A stretch of DNA of 64,000 bases from an uncultured Gammaproteobacteria bacterium. GTDB taxonomy: Bacteria > Pseudomonadota > Gammaproteobacteria > JBBQDK01. The notes under the pieces are model-generated. The model had not been told where the DNA came from. It ran no database searches and saw nothing but the letters and a program-made list of their open reading frames with translations. The translations under genes were made by a program, and so were the position numbers. The stretch lies in assembly GCA_963778665.1 (NCBI GenBank), contig CAVZVG010000005.1, forward strand, positions 205,805 to 269,804, given 5' to 3'. The first letter of the stretch is position 1. Each line of letters begins with the position of its first letter. Positions 50,677-60,745 of the stretch are shown here, piece after piece.

Positions 50677-51060
50677 TCAGGCCGACCGCCACACAGCGAT
50701 TGCCAACAGTAACCACGCCGCAAGAAAGGCCAGTCCGCCGATCGGCGTGATCGCACCCAGCCAGCGCACACCGCTGATCGCCAGCACATAAAGGCTGCCC
50801 GAGAACAGTACGATACCCGCCAGCATCAACCAACCGGAACTGCGTAGCAACACCGAATCAGGCAACTGCGCGGCGATGACCCCCACCAGCATCAAGCCCA
50901 GTGCGTGATAAAAGTGATACTGGTTGCCGGTGTGATACACCGACATCATATCGGCGGCGAGACGCGTTTTTAGCGCATGCGCGCCGAATGCACCCAGCAG
51001 TACGGCAAGAAATGCGTTGAGTGCACCCAGAATGAGAAATATTCTTGCGCCGTGCGACAT
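50677..51060 (-). CDS. DUF423 (YgdD/TMEM256-like) membrane protein
   Basis: 127 aa from MSHGARIFLILGALNAFLAVLLGAFGAH..; four TM helices. Confidence 0.6.
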   Translation of the reverse strand: MSHGARIFLILGALNAFLAVLLGAFGAHALKTRLAADMMSVYHTGNQYHFYHALGLMLVGVIAAQLPDSVLLRSSGWLMLAGIVLFSGSLYVLAISGVRWLGAITPIGGLAFLAAWLLLAIAVWRSA

Positions 51061-51248
51061 GCATCGTACCCCTGCAGTATGTATTTCGGTGCCGCACATC
51101 GGCCCCGCGTGCAGAGGAACATTAACAGTTTCGGAAGCCAGGTTCCATGGCAGGCGTGTGTCTGCGTGATGCAATCGCGACACCGGGTCGGGTACCTGTC
51201 GCACTCATCAGGCATGGTAATGATGCGATAATCGTTCGGCGGTTCCGC

Positions 51249-53579
51249 CTATGGAATTCCAGACGTATGCGCCTCATCCCTGTTCATCACTTCGATGACC
51301 TGACCGAAACTGATACCGGCATCGTTGCACGGCAGCGCTGCAGGGAGATGCACCTCGAAACCGTTCGCCTGCAGCAGCGTAATGGCAAGCTCGGTGAGCA
51401 CACGATTCTGAAACACGCCGCCGGCCAAACCGACGGCGAATAGGCCGTGCAATTCGCGCACAGCCAGGGCCTGATCGAGCAGCGCCTGTGCCAGACTGGC
51501 ATGGAAGCCCGCGGCACGCTCGCCGACAGTGCGCCGTTCATCCGACAAATAAGGCAACAGCGGCGCCCAGTCGCTACACAACACACCGTCGGCATCCGGT
51601 GTCTGCGGTAGCGACACCGGCGCGGCGCCAGGTTCAGAGTGCGCTGCGGCAATCGCCTCCAGCAGCATCGGCCCCTGTCCTTCGTAACTGGCCGATTCGA
51701 TCAGGCCCAACAGCGCACTCGCGGCATCGAACAGACGACCGACCGCGCTGGTCGCGGGTGCATTGATGCGCTTGATCCAGGCCTGCCGCACCAACTCGAT
51801 GTCGGCAATGGTGCCTTGCCAGCTTGATTCACTTTCCCAGCACAAGGCTGCCGCGGAACGCCAGGGTTCACGACCCGCGCGTTCACCACCCGGCAGATGA
51901 AACGGCCGGAAGCTTGCCACACGCCGCCAATGTCCGGGGGCGCCGAGCAAGGCCTCACCACCCCACAGACTGCCGTCGGCGCCGTAACCCACGCCATCCC
52001 AGGTGAATATCAGCCAGTCCGGCACCTCGGGAAATTCGCCTGCCAATGCACTGGCATGCGCGTGATGATGCAGAACTGTCTGCACGGGCAGCGCGCCGCG
52101 CTTCGCCCAACGTGTGCTGGCATAGCCCGGATGCGCATCGCAGACAATGCGCATTGCGCTGATCTGATACAGATCCTGCAGATCACGGATCACCTGCTCG
52201 AACACTGCCAGACTGCGCGGCGCATCGAGATCGCCGATGTGCGGCGAAATCACGACCCGGTTCTCCCAGGCCAGCGCGATGGTGTTTTTCATGTGCCCGC
52301 CGACAGCCAACAGTGGCTGCACAAGCGTGTGCGGCAGCGTCAACTCAAGCGGCGCGCTGCCACGACCGAGCCGCAATGGCCGCGCCTGACCGGCAATGAT
52401 GCGATACACCGGATCATCCGCCGGACGCGCGATCGTGCGGTTGTGATGCAGGAAGGACTCGGCGACGTGCGGCAGGCGCGCCTCCACCTCGGCATTGTCG
52501 GTCAGCACCGGTTCGCCGCTGATGTTGGCCGAGGTCGCGACCAATGGTGCACCGAAGTCTTCCAGCAACAGATGATGCAGCGGACTGTACGGCAGAAACG
52601 CGCCGACCTCGTTGAGACCCGGGGCGATGGCAGGCGCCAAGACCGATAGGGAGCGGCGTTGTACGAGTACGATGGGGCGCATCGGATCGCAGAGCAGTTG
52701 CGCCTGCAGGGCATCGGGCCGCAGAGACTCCCGCACCGCATCGAGACCGTCGACACCACGCCAGGGAAACATGACGGCCAGCGGTTTGTGCGGACGCGGC
52801 TTGCGGGCGCGCAAACGCAGCACGGCCGTTTCGTTACTTGCATCGCACATCAGATGATAGCCACCGATGCCTTTCACAGCGACGATGCAGCCGCTGCGCA
52901 AGGCCGCGACCGCGGCGGCCAGTGCGTCCGTCGTTTCCACGATCAACGCCCCATCCGCCGTCCGATATTGCAGGGATGGGCCGCAACGCGGACAGGCCAC
53001 CGGTTCGGCATGGAAACGCCGGTCGAGCGGGTTTTCATACTCCGCGCGGCACGCCGCGCAGAGCGTGAAACCGGCCAGTGTGGTATTGGGCCTGTCGTAG
53101 GGCAGTCGCGTGATCAGCGTATAACGCGGACCGCACTGCGTGCAGTTGATGAATGGATAACGATAGCGGCGATCGCGCGGATCGCGCAGTTCACGCAGGC
53201 AATCGTCGCAGGCGAAATAATCGGGTGGAACGTGAATGCGGGCCGGCAGATCACCGCGGCTGGCCTCGATGTTGAATGCCGCGAAGCCCTGTTTCGACAC
53301 GACTGTACTGGACAGGATGCGCGGTCGCGCCAGAGGCGGAGCCTCCTGCAACAGCGCGGCCTCGAATGCCTCCAGCGCCGGCGCCGCACCCTCGACGTGA
53401 ATCTCGACCTGGCCCGCAAGGTTCTGCACCCGGCCTTTCAGGCCATGCCATTGTGCCAACCGGTAGACGAACGGACGGAAGCCCACGCCCTGTACGCGGC
53501 CGTCGAGCAGCAAGCAGCGCGCGCCGACAGCGGAATCGACCACCGCCTCATCAGGCATTGCCGGCGGACGTTCATCCAT
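51249..53579 (-). CDS. hypF: Carbamoyltransferase HypF
   Basis: Acylphosphatase domain (RVQGVGFRPFVYRLA), two Zn-finger CxxC pairs, YrdC-like and Kae1-like domains; 776 aa. Confidence 0.9.
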   Translation of the reverse strand: MDERPPAMPDEAVVDSAVGARCLLLDGRVQGVGFRPFVYRLAQWHGLKGRVQNLAGQVEIHVEGAAPALEAFEAALLQEAPPLARPRILSSTVVSKQGFAAFNIEASRGDLPARIHVPPDYFACDDCLRELRDPRDRRYRYPFINCTQCGPRYTLITRLPYDRPNTTLAGFTLCAACRAEYENPLDRRFHAEPVACPRCGPSLQYRTADGALIVETTDALAAAVAALRSGCIVAVKGIGGYHLMCDASNETAVLRLRARKPRPHKPLAVMFPWRGVDGLDAVRESLRPDALQAQLLCDPMRPIVLVQRRSLSVLAPAIAPGLNEVGAFLPYSPLHHLLLEDFGAPLVATSANISGEPVLTDNAEVEARLPHVAESFLHHNRTIARPADDPVYRIIAGQARPLRLGRGSAPLELTLPHTLVQPLLAVGGHMKNTIALAWENRVVISPHIGDLDAPRSLAVFEQVIRDLQDLYQISAMRIVCDAHPGYASTRWAKRGALPVQTVLHHHAHASALAGEFPEVPDWLIFTWDGVGYGADGSLWGGEALLGAPGHWRRVASFRPFHLPGGERAGREPWRSAAALCWESESSWQGTIADIELVRQAWIKRINAPATSAVGRLFDAASALLGLIESASYEGQGPMLLEAIAAAHSEPGAAPVSLPQTPDADGVLCSDWAPLLPYLSDERRTVGERAAGFHASLAQALLDQALAVRELHGLFAVGLAGGVFQNRVLTELAITLLQANGFEVHLPAALPCNDAGISFGQVIEVMNRDEAHTSGIP

Positions 53580-53592
53580 GGGAAATGCGCTC

Positions 53593-53614
53593 TTGTTTCA
53601 TAGTGTGGAAACAA
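53593..53614. promoter_or_regulatory. Palindrome TTGTTTC-N8-GAAACAA immediately upstream of hypF; candidate regulator site
   Basis: 22-bp perfect inverted repeat in the 268-nt hypD/hypF gap, about 15 nt from the hypF start codon. Confidence 0.3.
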
Positions 53615-53847
53615 CCATGAAAAACTCCGCTCATGTGTTACTGCACCGATCAGAGTCATTACATGGAACAGCCTTCCTCACGCGCCGTCCTGCACAGGAC
53701 TCAAGTGACGAGATTGTTTTGAGCGGGTACTCAAGCCGCACGGAGGACAGCGGAGCCTGGGTGAAATACTGTCTGCATGACTTATCCCGGCTCCCGAATG
53801 CGGCATCAACGCACTGGCAGAACGCGGCAACGGCGCGTGTCCGATCG

Positions 53848-54963
53848 TCACTCGACCGGGGCCGTGTCCGGCCGCGCCTCGCGTACGCCGCTGGCCCACC
53901 AGATACGGCAGGCCCCCTCATCGGATACCATGCACGGACCGATCGGATGACGCGGGTGACAGGCGCGACCGAACAGACGGCATTGGTCGGGATAAATCTT
54001 ACCCAGCACGACCTTGGCGCAATCGCAGCCCGGCGGCATCTCGCCGATACGTTTGCGTGTCGGATCGTCATGCGCGGGCAACTGCAGCCGGGCATCGTGC
54101 TGCGCGAACGCCGGCTTGAGCGCGAATCCCGAGGCGGGAATCATGCCTACGCCACGCCAGTTGGCGGCGACGACATCCAAGGCCGAATCGAGACACTCCC
54201 TTGCTTTGACATTGCCGCCGGGCCGCACCACTTCGGGGTAGCAGTTGTCGAGAAAGCGCTCGCCTTCGATGAGTTGGCGCAAGGTGGAGTACATGGCCGC
54301 GAGCAGTGTTTCGGGCGCGAAACCGGCGATGGCGGATGGAATGCGATGTTTCTCGACCACGAACCGCCATTCTTCCGGGCCCATGATCGTGGCGACATGA
54401 CCCGGCGCGACCAGGGCGTCGAAACCCGGCGTGTCGGAATCGAGCAGCATGGCCACCGCCGGCCAGGTGAGGCGGCCGGAGAGCAGCACCAGCAGATTGT
54501 CCGGTATGCCTTCCATCAGCATGCCGGCGACCGGTGCGGTGGTGGTTTCGAAGCCGGCGGCGAAGAACACCACCGTGCGTGACGGTTCCGCCCGCGCGAT
54601 GCGCACCGCCTCGCTTGGCGAGGCGATCGGCCGCACATCCGCACCCGCCGCCTTGGCCTCTTCCAGCGAACGGATATCACCTTTCGGCACATTGACCGGC
54701 ACGCGCAGCATGTCGCCGAACGCCACCAGGATCAGGTCTTCCTTGAGCGCCAGCTGGATGGCTTCGTAGACATCCTCTTCAGGACAGACGCACACCGGAC
54801 AACCCGGACCGGGTATGAGCTCGATATTCTTGGGCAAGGCACCGCGCAAGCCGGCCATGGAAATGGCGCGCTCATGACCGCCGCACACGTTCATGATTCG
54901 CACCTTGTCCGGCAAGGGCAGTTGGCGGATCTTTTTCAGCCAGTCCTGGGCACTCAGCTGCAT
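53848..54963 (-). CDS. hypD: Hydrogenase maturation factor HypD
   Basis: CGGHE, GPGCPVC, CPVC.., ..FETT.. motifs; 371 aa. Confidence 0.9.
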   Translation of the reverse strand: MQLSAQDWLKKIRQLPLPDKVRIMNVCGGHERAISMAGLRGALPKNIELIPGPGCPVCVCPEEDVYEAIQLALKEDLILVAFGDMLRVPVNVPKGDIRSLEEAKAAGADVRPIASPSEAVRIARAEPSRTVVFFAAGFETTTAPVAGMLMEGIPDNLLVLLSGRLTWPAVAMLLDSDTPGFDALVAPGHVATIMGPEEWRFVVEKHRIPSAIAGFAPETLLAAMYSTLRQLIEGERFLDNCYPEVVRPGGNVKARECLDSALDVVAANWRGVGMIPASGFALKPAFAQHDARLQLPAHDDPTRKRIGEMPPGCDCAKVVLGKIYPDQCRLFGRACHPRHPIGPCMVSDEGACRIWWASGVREARPDTAPVE

Positions 54964-55097
54964 TGGATTTCTCCCGCCTTCAGCGAAGCAAAAGATCAGT
55001 GACGATCAAGCGCGGCAAAACGCATTGTGAAAATGCATAAAGTGCCGGACTTTGCGCGTTGCCGCGCCTTGTGTTGTGGCCATGCCGCAGTGCGCAT

Positions 55098-55883
55098 TCA
55101 CAATATCTGGGAATCGCGCCGCTTGTGCACATGCCCGGCGACACCCTCACCCGCGTGCCGCAGTTCATCGCCGGCGCGCAAGGCAGCGACATGCTTGCGC
55201 AGCCAATTGGTCCAACCGTCCATGTCCAGACTCTTCTTTGCGGACAAGGCGATGACCGGCGCATCGCTGGCCAGGTTGCGCATATGTGCTTTGACCCGAT
55301 CGATGGAGAAGTCATCCATGTACGGCATGAGGTCGGTCTTGGTCACCAGCACGGCATCCGCGGCACGGAACATGACCGGATACTTGACCGGCTTGTCGTC
55401 GCCTTCCGTGACTGACAGCAGGATGACGTTCAGGTGCTGACCGAGATCGAAGCTGGCCGGACAGACCAGGTTGCCGACATTCTCGATAAAAAGGATATCC
55501 GCATTGTCGAGTGTCATGTGGTGGAGTGCATCGTGCACCATATGCGCATCGAGATGGCAGGCCGTGCCCGTGCTGATCTGATGGGCGGGCACGCCCTTGG
55601 CACGAATGCGCTCGGCATCGTTTTCGGTTTCCAGATCGCCTTCGATGACGGCGATGCTGAATTCATCTTTCAGGGCATCGATGCTCGCTTCGAGCAAGGC
55701 GGTCTTGCCGGCGCCGGGCGAGGACATGAGATTGATGACCAGCAGGTCGTGCTCATTGAAGTGCGCACGGTTGTGCGCGGCCTGATGGTTGTTCTCGGAC
55801 AGCAGCCCCTCCAGCACTTCGACGCTATGCGGATTTTCGGTCTTGTGCTGCTCGGTAACGTTGCAACCGCAGGTATCGCACAT
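55098..55883 (-). CDS. hypB: Hydrogenase nickel incorporation GTPase HypB
   Basis: N-terminal MCDTCGC metal site; P-loop SSPGAGKT; 261 aa. Confidence 0.85.
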   Translation of the reverse strand: MCDTCGCNVTEQHKTENPHSVEVLEGLLSENNHQAAHNRAHFNEHDLLVINLMSSPGAGKTALLEASIDALKDEFSIAVIEGDLETENDAERIRAKGVPAHQISTGTACHLDAHMVHDALHHMTLDNADILFIENVGNLVCPASFDLGQHLNVILLSVTEGDDKPVKYPVMFRAADAVLVTKTDLMPYMDDFSIDRVKAHMRNLASDAPVIALSAKKSLDMDGWTNWLRKHVAALRAGDELRHAGEGVAGHVHKRRDSQIL

Positions 55884-55906
55884 GTTCACATCCTCTCGCA
55901 GTCACT

Positions 55907-56251
55907 TCAGATCAGTAATTCGACACTTGCCAACAACAACTCGTCGCCGCTGACGAGTCGCGTATGCCAGTCGCCGCAGGCACCGCACAACAACCTGTTC
56001 GGCGCGGCCTCCGTCTCTTCGCCGCATTGGTCACAGCTTACCCGAACCGGCAGACACTCGACGATCAGCTTCGCCTCGGCGGCTACCGTGCCGGCGCGCG
56101 CCACCGGGAAGGCATGTTGCAACAGTTCCGGTTCCACACCGGACAACGGTCCGATACGAATCGTGATACTCGTTACGCCATGCGCCTGACGCTGCGCCGC
56201 GATCGCCTCGACCTGCTGCAGCATGCCCTGACAGACCGACAACTCATGCAC
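55907..56251 (-). CDS. hypA: Hydrogenase nickel insertion protein HypA
   Basis: MHELSVCQGML N-terminus; CDQCG...CGACG zinc motif; 114 aa. Confidence 0.85.
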   Translation of the reverse strand: MHELSVCQGMLQQVEAIAAQRQAHGVTSITIRIGPLSGVEPELLQHAFPVARAGTVAAEAKLIVECLPVRVSCDQCGEETEAAPNRLLCGACGDWHTRLVSGDELLLASVELLI

Positions 56252-56486
56252 CGTTGACGGCCGCCTCCGCTGCCAGCATCTCGTCGTACACCTCCCAGGC
56301 CGAGCGCGCTTCCTGCTCGGTCATCTTCTGGATTGCGTAGCCGACATGCACCATGACGAAATCGCCCGGCGCGATGGCTTCACCCTGCATAAGGAACAGA
56401 TTGACATCGCGCTCCACGCCCTTGGCGTTGCAACGCGCCAGAAAACCATCGATGGCGGAAATCTGCATGGGTATGCCGAGACACAT
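56244..56486 (-). CDS. hypC: Hydrogenase assembly chaperone HypC/HupF
   Basis: MCLGIPMQI N-terminus (essential Cys2); 80 aa; overlaps the hypA start by 8 nt. Confidence 0.85.
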   Translation of the reverse strand: MCLGIPMQISAIDGFLARCNAKGVERDVNLFLMQGEAIAPGDFVMVHVGYAIQKMTEQEARSAWEVYDEMLAAEAAVNGA

Positions 56487-56654
56487 GTCGGAATGCTCCT
56501 GTTCGTTGTTGGCGCGGCGCCTGCGGTCGTCTGGTCTACACTTAATGGGGCTGGAACCCGAGCCGGTGAATCACTCGCCCTCAGTATAGGTCCGGAATTC
56601 GACTAAAGCATATCGGTGTCGGCTGAAATAAGGATATAAAAGATTGCACTCGCT

Positions 56655-56668
56655 TGACTTATGTCAAA
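56655..56668. promoter_or_regulatory. FNR/FixK-type box TTGACTTATGTCAA in the hyp / hyn divergent promoter region
   Basis: TTGAC-N4-GTCAA perfect palindrome, about 170 nt from hypC and about 100 nt from the protease gene start. Confidence 0.45.
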
Positions 56669-56766
56669 AATGTCATCTGCAATCATTTTACGATGCACGT
56701 AGGCAGATTCAAATCCACGCCACCCGCAAGCAAGGACTTCTCAATAGTCACAATCTTGGCAAGGTA

Positions 56767-57252
56767 ATGGACTTCATAAAAATGACCAACAAAACCCTGA
56801 TACTCGGCCTGGGCAACACCCTTCTCGCTGACGAGGGCATCGGAATACACGCACTGAATGCCTTGCGATTGCAACCATCCGATTTTACCGACATCGAATA
56901 TCTGGATGGCGGCACACTCAGCTTCACCCTGGCCGGCCCCATCGAAGACGCCGACCAATTGATTGTCATCGACGCCGCCCAACTGCATGCGACACCGGGC
57001 ACGGTACAGGTCTTCGTCGGCGAAGACATGGACAGCTATCTTGGCAGCAACAACAAGCGCAGCGTTCATGAAGTCGGCCTGATCGATCTGATGGTCATCG
57101 CCCATCTCACCGACCGCTTGCCGAAACGCCGCGCGCTGATCGGCATACAACCCGAAATTGTCGACTGGGGCGACAGCCCGACCGCACCGGTGGCGGCAGC
57201 CATTCCCAAAGTCTGCGATCTGGCGCGCGACCTTATCAGGAGCTGGCAATGA
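56767..57252 (+). CDS. hupD: [NiFe] hydrogenase maturation endopeptidase (HupD/HyaD/HoxM family)
   Basis: ..TLILGLGNTLLADEGIGIHAL.. and ..HEVGL..; start at the Met of MDFIKMTNK (alternative 56782). Confidence 0.8.
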   Translation: MDFIKMTNKTLILGLGNTLLADEGIGIHALNALRLQPSDFTDIEYLDGGTLSFTLAGPIEDADQLIVIDAAQLHATPGTVQVFVGEDMDSYLGSNNKRSVHEVGLIDLMVIAHLTDRLPKRRALIGIQPEIVDWGDSPTAPVAAAIPKVCDLARDLIRSWQ

Positions 57253-57689
57253 CACGTCTGCAAGACATCGGCATCGAAGTCCGCAACGAACCGACTGAAG
57301 GCCTCGGCGCCGGCGTCAACGCCATACTCTATGAACTGACCGGCATGCTGGAAACCCTGCTCGAGGAAGGTCGCGGCAATGCCATCGACCTGCGCGGCCT
57401 GCCGCTGGCGCCCGGCGAATATGAACAACTGCGCGCCACGCTCGGCGAGGGTGAAGTCAGCGCCGAGGTCGACGCGCTGGGGCCGACCAGAATCCGCGAG
57501 ACCGCGATCCACGGCGTGTGGTGGGTCACGCATTACAACGCACAGGACCAGGTGCTGGCCGAGTTCCTGGAAGTGACCGACGTGCCGCAACTGCTCAAGA
57601 CCGAGCGGGATGACATCCGCGAGGGACTGGATCTGCTGAATGAACGCCTGGCATCTCTCGATGCGACAGGCGCGGATGAAGATTGTTGA
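57249..57689 (+). CDS. Short HupH/HyaF-family hydrogenase accessory protein (single HupH_C-like domain)
   Basis: ..IDLRGLPLAPGEYEQLRATLGEGEVSAEV..IRETAIHGVWWV.. resembles the HupH C-terminal domain. 146 aa versus about 280 aa for canonical HupH. Start overlaps the protease stop. Confidence 0.55.
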   Translation: MTRLQDIGIEVRNEPTEGLGAGVNAILYELTGMLETLLEEGRGNAIDLRGLPLAPGEYEQLRATLGEGEVSAEVDALGPTRIRETAIHGVWWVTHYNAQDQVLAEFLEVTDVPQLLKTERDDIREGLDLLNERLASLDATGADEDC

Positions 57690-57716
57690 ATCGCTGCTGA
57701 CAACAGGAGACCTTCG

Positions 57717-58802
57717 ATGTCTACCGATATGAGTCTGCTTGAAACACTGCGTCGCCAGGGCGTGTCGCGGCGTTCCTTTCTGAAGTTCTGCGCGGCTACC
57801 GCTTCCCTGATGGCATTGCCGCCGACCATGGTCAGCGCGGTCGCCGAAGCGCTCGCCAAGGCCAAGCGGCCGTCGGTGATCTGGCTGTCGTTCCAGGAAT
57901 GCACCGGCTGCACGGAATCGCTGACGCGCTCGCACACACCGACGGTGGAAAACCTGATCTTCAACGCGATCTCACTCGATTACCATCACACCCTGATGGC
58001 CGCCTCCGGCACGGCTGCCGAAGCGGCGCGCGAATCCGCGATGAAGGAGTTCTACGGCAAGTACCTGTTGATCGTCGACGGCTCCATTCCGCTCAAGGAC
58101 GACGGCGTCTATTCAACCATCGCCGGTCGCACCAACCTCGACTTGCTGCACGAAGTCGCCAAAGGCGCTGCGGCGATCGTGTCGGTGGGTACCTGCGCCG
58201 CCTTCGGCGGGATTCCGCACGCCAACCCGAATCCGACCGGCGCGGTGGCCGTGTCCGACATCATCAAGGACAAGCCCATCATCAACGTGCCGGGCTGCCC
58301 GCCGATTCCGGTGGTCATCACCGGCGTGCTGGTGCACTACCTGACCTTCGGCACGATTCCCGACCTGGATGACAAGGGCCGCCCCTTATCGTTCTTCGGC
58401 GATTCCATTCACGATCGCTGCTACCGCCGGCCGTTCTACGACCAGGGCAAGTTCGCGAAAAGCTTCGACGACGAAGGCGCGCGCAACGGCTGGTGCCTGT
58501 ACGAACTCGGCTGCAAGGGTCCGACCACGCACAATGCCTGCGCCACGGTGAAATGGAATGGTGGCGTCAGCTTCCCGATCGAGTCCGGTCACGGCTGCCT
58601 GGGCTGTTCGGAACCGGATTTCTGGGACGCCGGCAGTTTCTACACGGCCCTGTCCATGTCTGCGGAACCCACCAAGGTCGTTGCCGCCGCGGCGGGCATC
58701 GGCGCGGTCGCCGGTGTCGCGGTCGCCGTCGCCAACCGGTTCAAGAAGGGGGGCGCGAAGTCGGCACATAAAACCACCACTCTGGACGATCTGGAGAAAT
58801 GA
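57717..58802 (+). CDS. hynS: [NiFe] hydrogenase small subunit, Tat-dependent, with C-terminal membrane anchor
   Basis: RRSFLKFCAATASLMALP Tat signal; FeS-cluster Cys ligands (..ECTGCTES.., ..GTCA..GCPP.., ..CLYELGCKGP.., ..GCLGC..); hydrophobic C-tail. Confidence 0.9.
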   Translation: MSTDMSLLETLRRQGVSRRSFLKFCAATASLMALPPTMVSAVAEALAKAKRPSVIWLSFQECTGCTESLTRSHTPTVENLIFNAISLDYHHTLMAASGTAAEAARESAMKEFYGKYLLIVDGSIPLKDDGVYSTIAGRTNLDLLHEVAKGAAAIVSVGTCAAFGGIPHANPNPTGAVAVSDIIKDKPIINVPGCPPIPVVITGVLVHYLTFGTIPDLDDKGRPLSFFGDSIHDRCYRRPFYDQGKFAKSFDDEGARNGWCLYELGCKGPTTHNACATVKWNGGVSFPIESGHGCLGCSEPDFWDAGSFYTALSMSAEPTKVVAAAAGIGAVAGVAVAVANRFKKGGAKSAHKTTTLDDLEK

Positions 58803-58803
58803 C

Positions 58804-59463
58804 ATGAACGACATTCAATTCCTGACCTGGGTACGCGGTCCCGGTCTGAACATCGCCATCGCCATTTTTCTGGTCGGCGTGGTCTGGCGTCTGGTGGAAA
58901 TCTACAGTCTGGGTCGGAAAAAAGATCTGTCCGCGCCGCGGCATGCAGCGGGCGCTTCCGGTTTGCATACGGTATTCCGCCGTTCGCTGCCACCGCCGGG
59001 CATGCTGAAACGCTCACCCGTCAGCTACGTCGGCGGCTATATCTTCCATATCGGCCTGGCCATCATCGTGTTCCTGTTCGCACCGCACATCAAACTGATC
59101 CAGAGCCTGATCGGTATTTCCTGGCCGGCGCTGCCGTCCCAGTTGGTGGACATGACGGCCGTCGTGACCCTGGCGACCATGGTGATCGTGCTGGCGGACC
59201 GCATCAGCAAACCCGTCAAGCGCTACCTGTCCACTTTCGAAGATTACTTTACCTGGACGATGACATTCCTGCCGGTGTTGACCGGCTATATGGCGGTAAA
59301 ACACATACTGGTGCCCTACACCACCATGCTGGCACTGCATATCCTCAGCGTGGAAATCCTGCTGGTGATCCTGCCCTTCACTAAATTGTTCCATGCCTTC
59401 ACGCTGTTTGGCTCGCGCTGGTACAACGGCCACGCCAACGCGCACAAAGGAGTCTCGGTATGA
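58804..59463 (+). CDS. isp1: Isp1: NarI/DsrM/HdrE-like b-type cytochrome membrane subunit of an Isp-type hydrogenase
   Basis: 219 aa from MNDIQFLTWV..; five TM helices with conserved His (..HIGLAII.., ..HILSVEIL.., ..FHAFTLF..). Confidence 0.75.
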   Translation: MNDIQFLTWVRGPGLNIAIAIFLVGVVWRLVEIYSLGRKKDLSAPRHAAGASGLHTVFRRSLPPPGMLKRSPVSYVGGYIFHIGLAIIVFLFAPHIKLIQSLIGISWPALPSQLVDMTAVVTLATMVIVLADRISKPVKRYLSTFEDYFTWTMTFLPVLTGYMAVKHILVPYTTMLALHILSVEILLVILPFTKLFHAFTLFGSRWYNGHANAHKGVSV

Positions 59464-60722
59464 GCGCATCATTGGAAAAAGGCGTCCAGGTCCTGAAAGA
59501 GATGATCGACGCACCTATCGCCAGCTATTTCAGCAGTTGCGTGCATTGCGGCCTGTGTGCCGAGGCCTGCCTGTTCTATACGGAAACCGGCGACCCCAAG
59601 TACACGCCCATCCACAAGCTGGAGCCCATGCGCCGCATCTACAAACAGGAATACACCCTGCTCGGCCGGCTCGGCAAAATGCTCGGCCTTTCCAAACCCG
59701 TGACCGACGCCGAACTGGAAGAGTGGAAGGAGCTGGTCTACAACAGTTGCACCTTGTGCGCCCGCTGCTCGCTGGTCTGCCCGGTGGGCAACGACATCGT
59801 CTACATGGTGCGCAAATTCCGCGAAGGTATGGCCGTCTCCGGTCATGCGCCGGAGGGTCTGATCGGCGCGGTGACACGTACGGTCGAGATCGGCAGCCCG
59901 ATGGGCGTGAAGCTGCCCGCCGTGCAAGCCCAGATGAAACATCTGAAGGAAGATGAAGGTCTGGAAGCCCCCATGGACGTACAGGGTGCCGAATACATGG
60001 TGCTGCTGTCCTCCATGGAGGTCATCAATTTTCCGGAATACCTGGGCGCCATCGCCAAGATCATGAAACAGGCCGGCAAGACCTGGACACTCTGTTCCAC
60101 CGCCTTCGAGGCCACCAACGCAGGCATTCAGATCGGCAACGCCGATCTGGCCAAGCTGATCGTTTCACGCATCGTGGACGGTGCCGAACGCCTCAAGGTC
60201 AAGACGGTCATCAGTCCCGAGTGCGGTCACGCCTACACGGCCTTGCGTTGGGACGGTGCCAATCTCATCGGCCGGCCCTTTACCTTCAAAGTGCTACACA
60301 TCCTCGAAGTCCTGGAGGAATTCCGCATCCAGGGTCTGCTCAAGACCGAAGGCTTCGAAACCTCGAGAGTCACCTTCCACGATCCCTGCCAATTGGTTCG
60401 TCGCGGCGGCGTTATCGAGCCCCAGCGCAATCTGCTGAACATGGTCGCCAAGGACTTCGTGGAGATGGATGACCCGGGCAAGTACAACTGGTGTTGCGGT
60501 GGTGGTGGCGGTGCCAGCGCCATCGAAGAAGGCGAGGAACTGCGCCTGCAAGTCTTCACACGCAAGAAAGCCCAGTTGGATAAGACCGGCGCCAAGACTC
60601 TGGTCACCGCCTGCGCCAACTGCCGCATCGTTCTGGAAGAGGGTCTGGAGCATTACAAAATGGATATCCCGGTGGTCGGCCTGACGGAAACGATTGCCGC
60701 ACATCTGGTCCAGGACAAATAG
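59460..60722 (+). CDS. isp2: Isp2: HdrD/DsrK-like Fe-S protein with CCG domains
   Basis: CVHCGLCAEAC and CTLCARCSLVCP ferredoxin motifs; two CCG-like Cys-rich domains (..DPCQ.., ..NWCCGGGGG.., ..ACANC..). Confidence 0.8.
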   Translation: MSASLEKGVQVLKEMIDAPIASYFSSCVHCGLCAEACLFYTETGDPKYTPIHKLEPMRRIYKQEYTLLGRLGKMLGLSKPVTDAELEEWKELVYNSCTLCARCSLVCPVGNDIVYMVRKFREGMAVSGHAPEGLIGAVTRTVEIGSPMGVKLPAVQAQMKHLKEDEGLEAPMDVQGAEYMVLLSSMEVINFPEYLGAIAKIMKQAGKTWTLCSTAFEATNAGIQIGNADLAKLIVSRIVDGAERLKVKTVISPECGHAYTALRWDGANLIGRPFTFKVLHILEVLEEFRIQGLLKTEGFETSRVTFHDPCQLVRRGGVIEPQRNLLNMVAKDFVEMDDPGKYNWCCGGGGGASAIEEGEELRLQVFTRKKAQLDKTGAKTLVTACANCRIVLEEGLEHYKMDIPVVGLTETIAAHLVQDK

Positions 60723-60745
60723 CGAACTAGAGGAGCACACAGGAC

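Noticed and set aside
53631-54095. 154-aa minus-strand ORF spanning the hypD/hypF gap.
   Set aside because: It overlaps hypD out of frame, has an Arg/Cys-rich nonsense composition, and has no start context.
57249-57689. Calling the 146-aa protein HyaE/HupG.
   Set aside because: The sequence lacks the thioredoxin-like HyaE pattern and instead matches the HupH C-terminal domain consensus (..LG.GEV.A.V..G...I.ET...GVWWV..). The HupH-like call is kept with moderate confidence.
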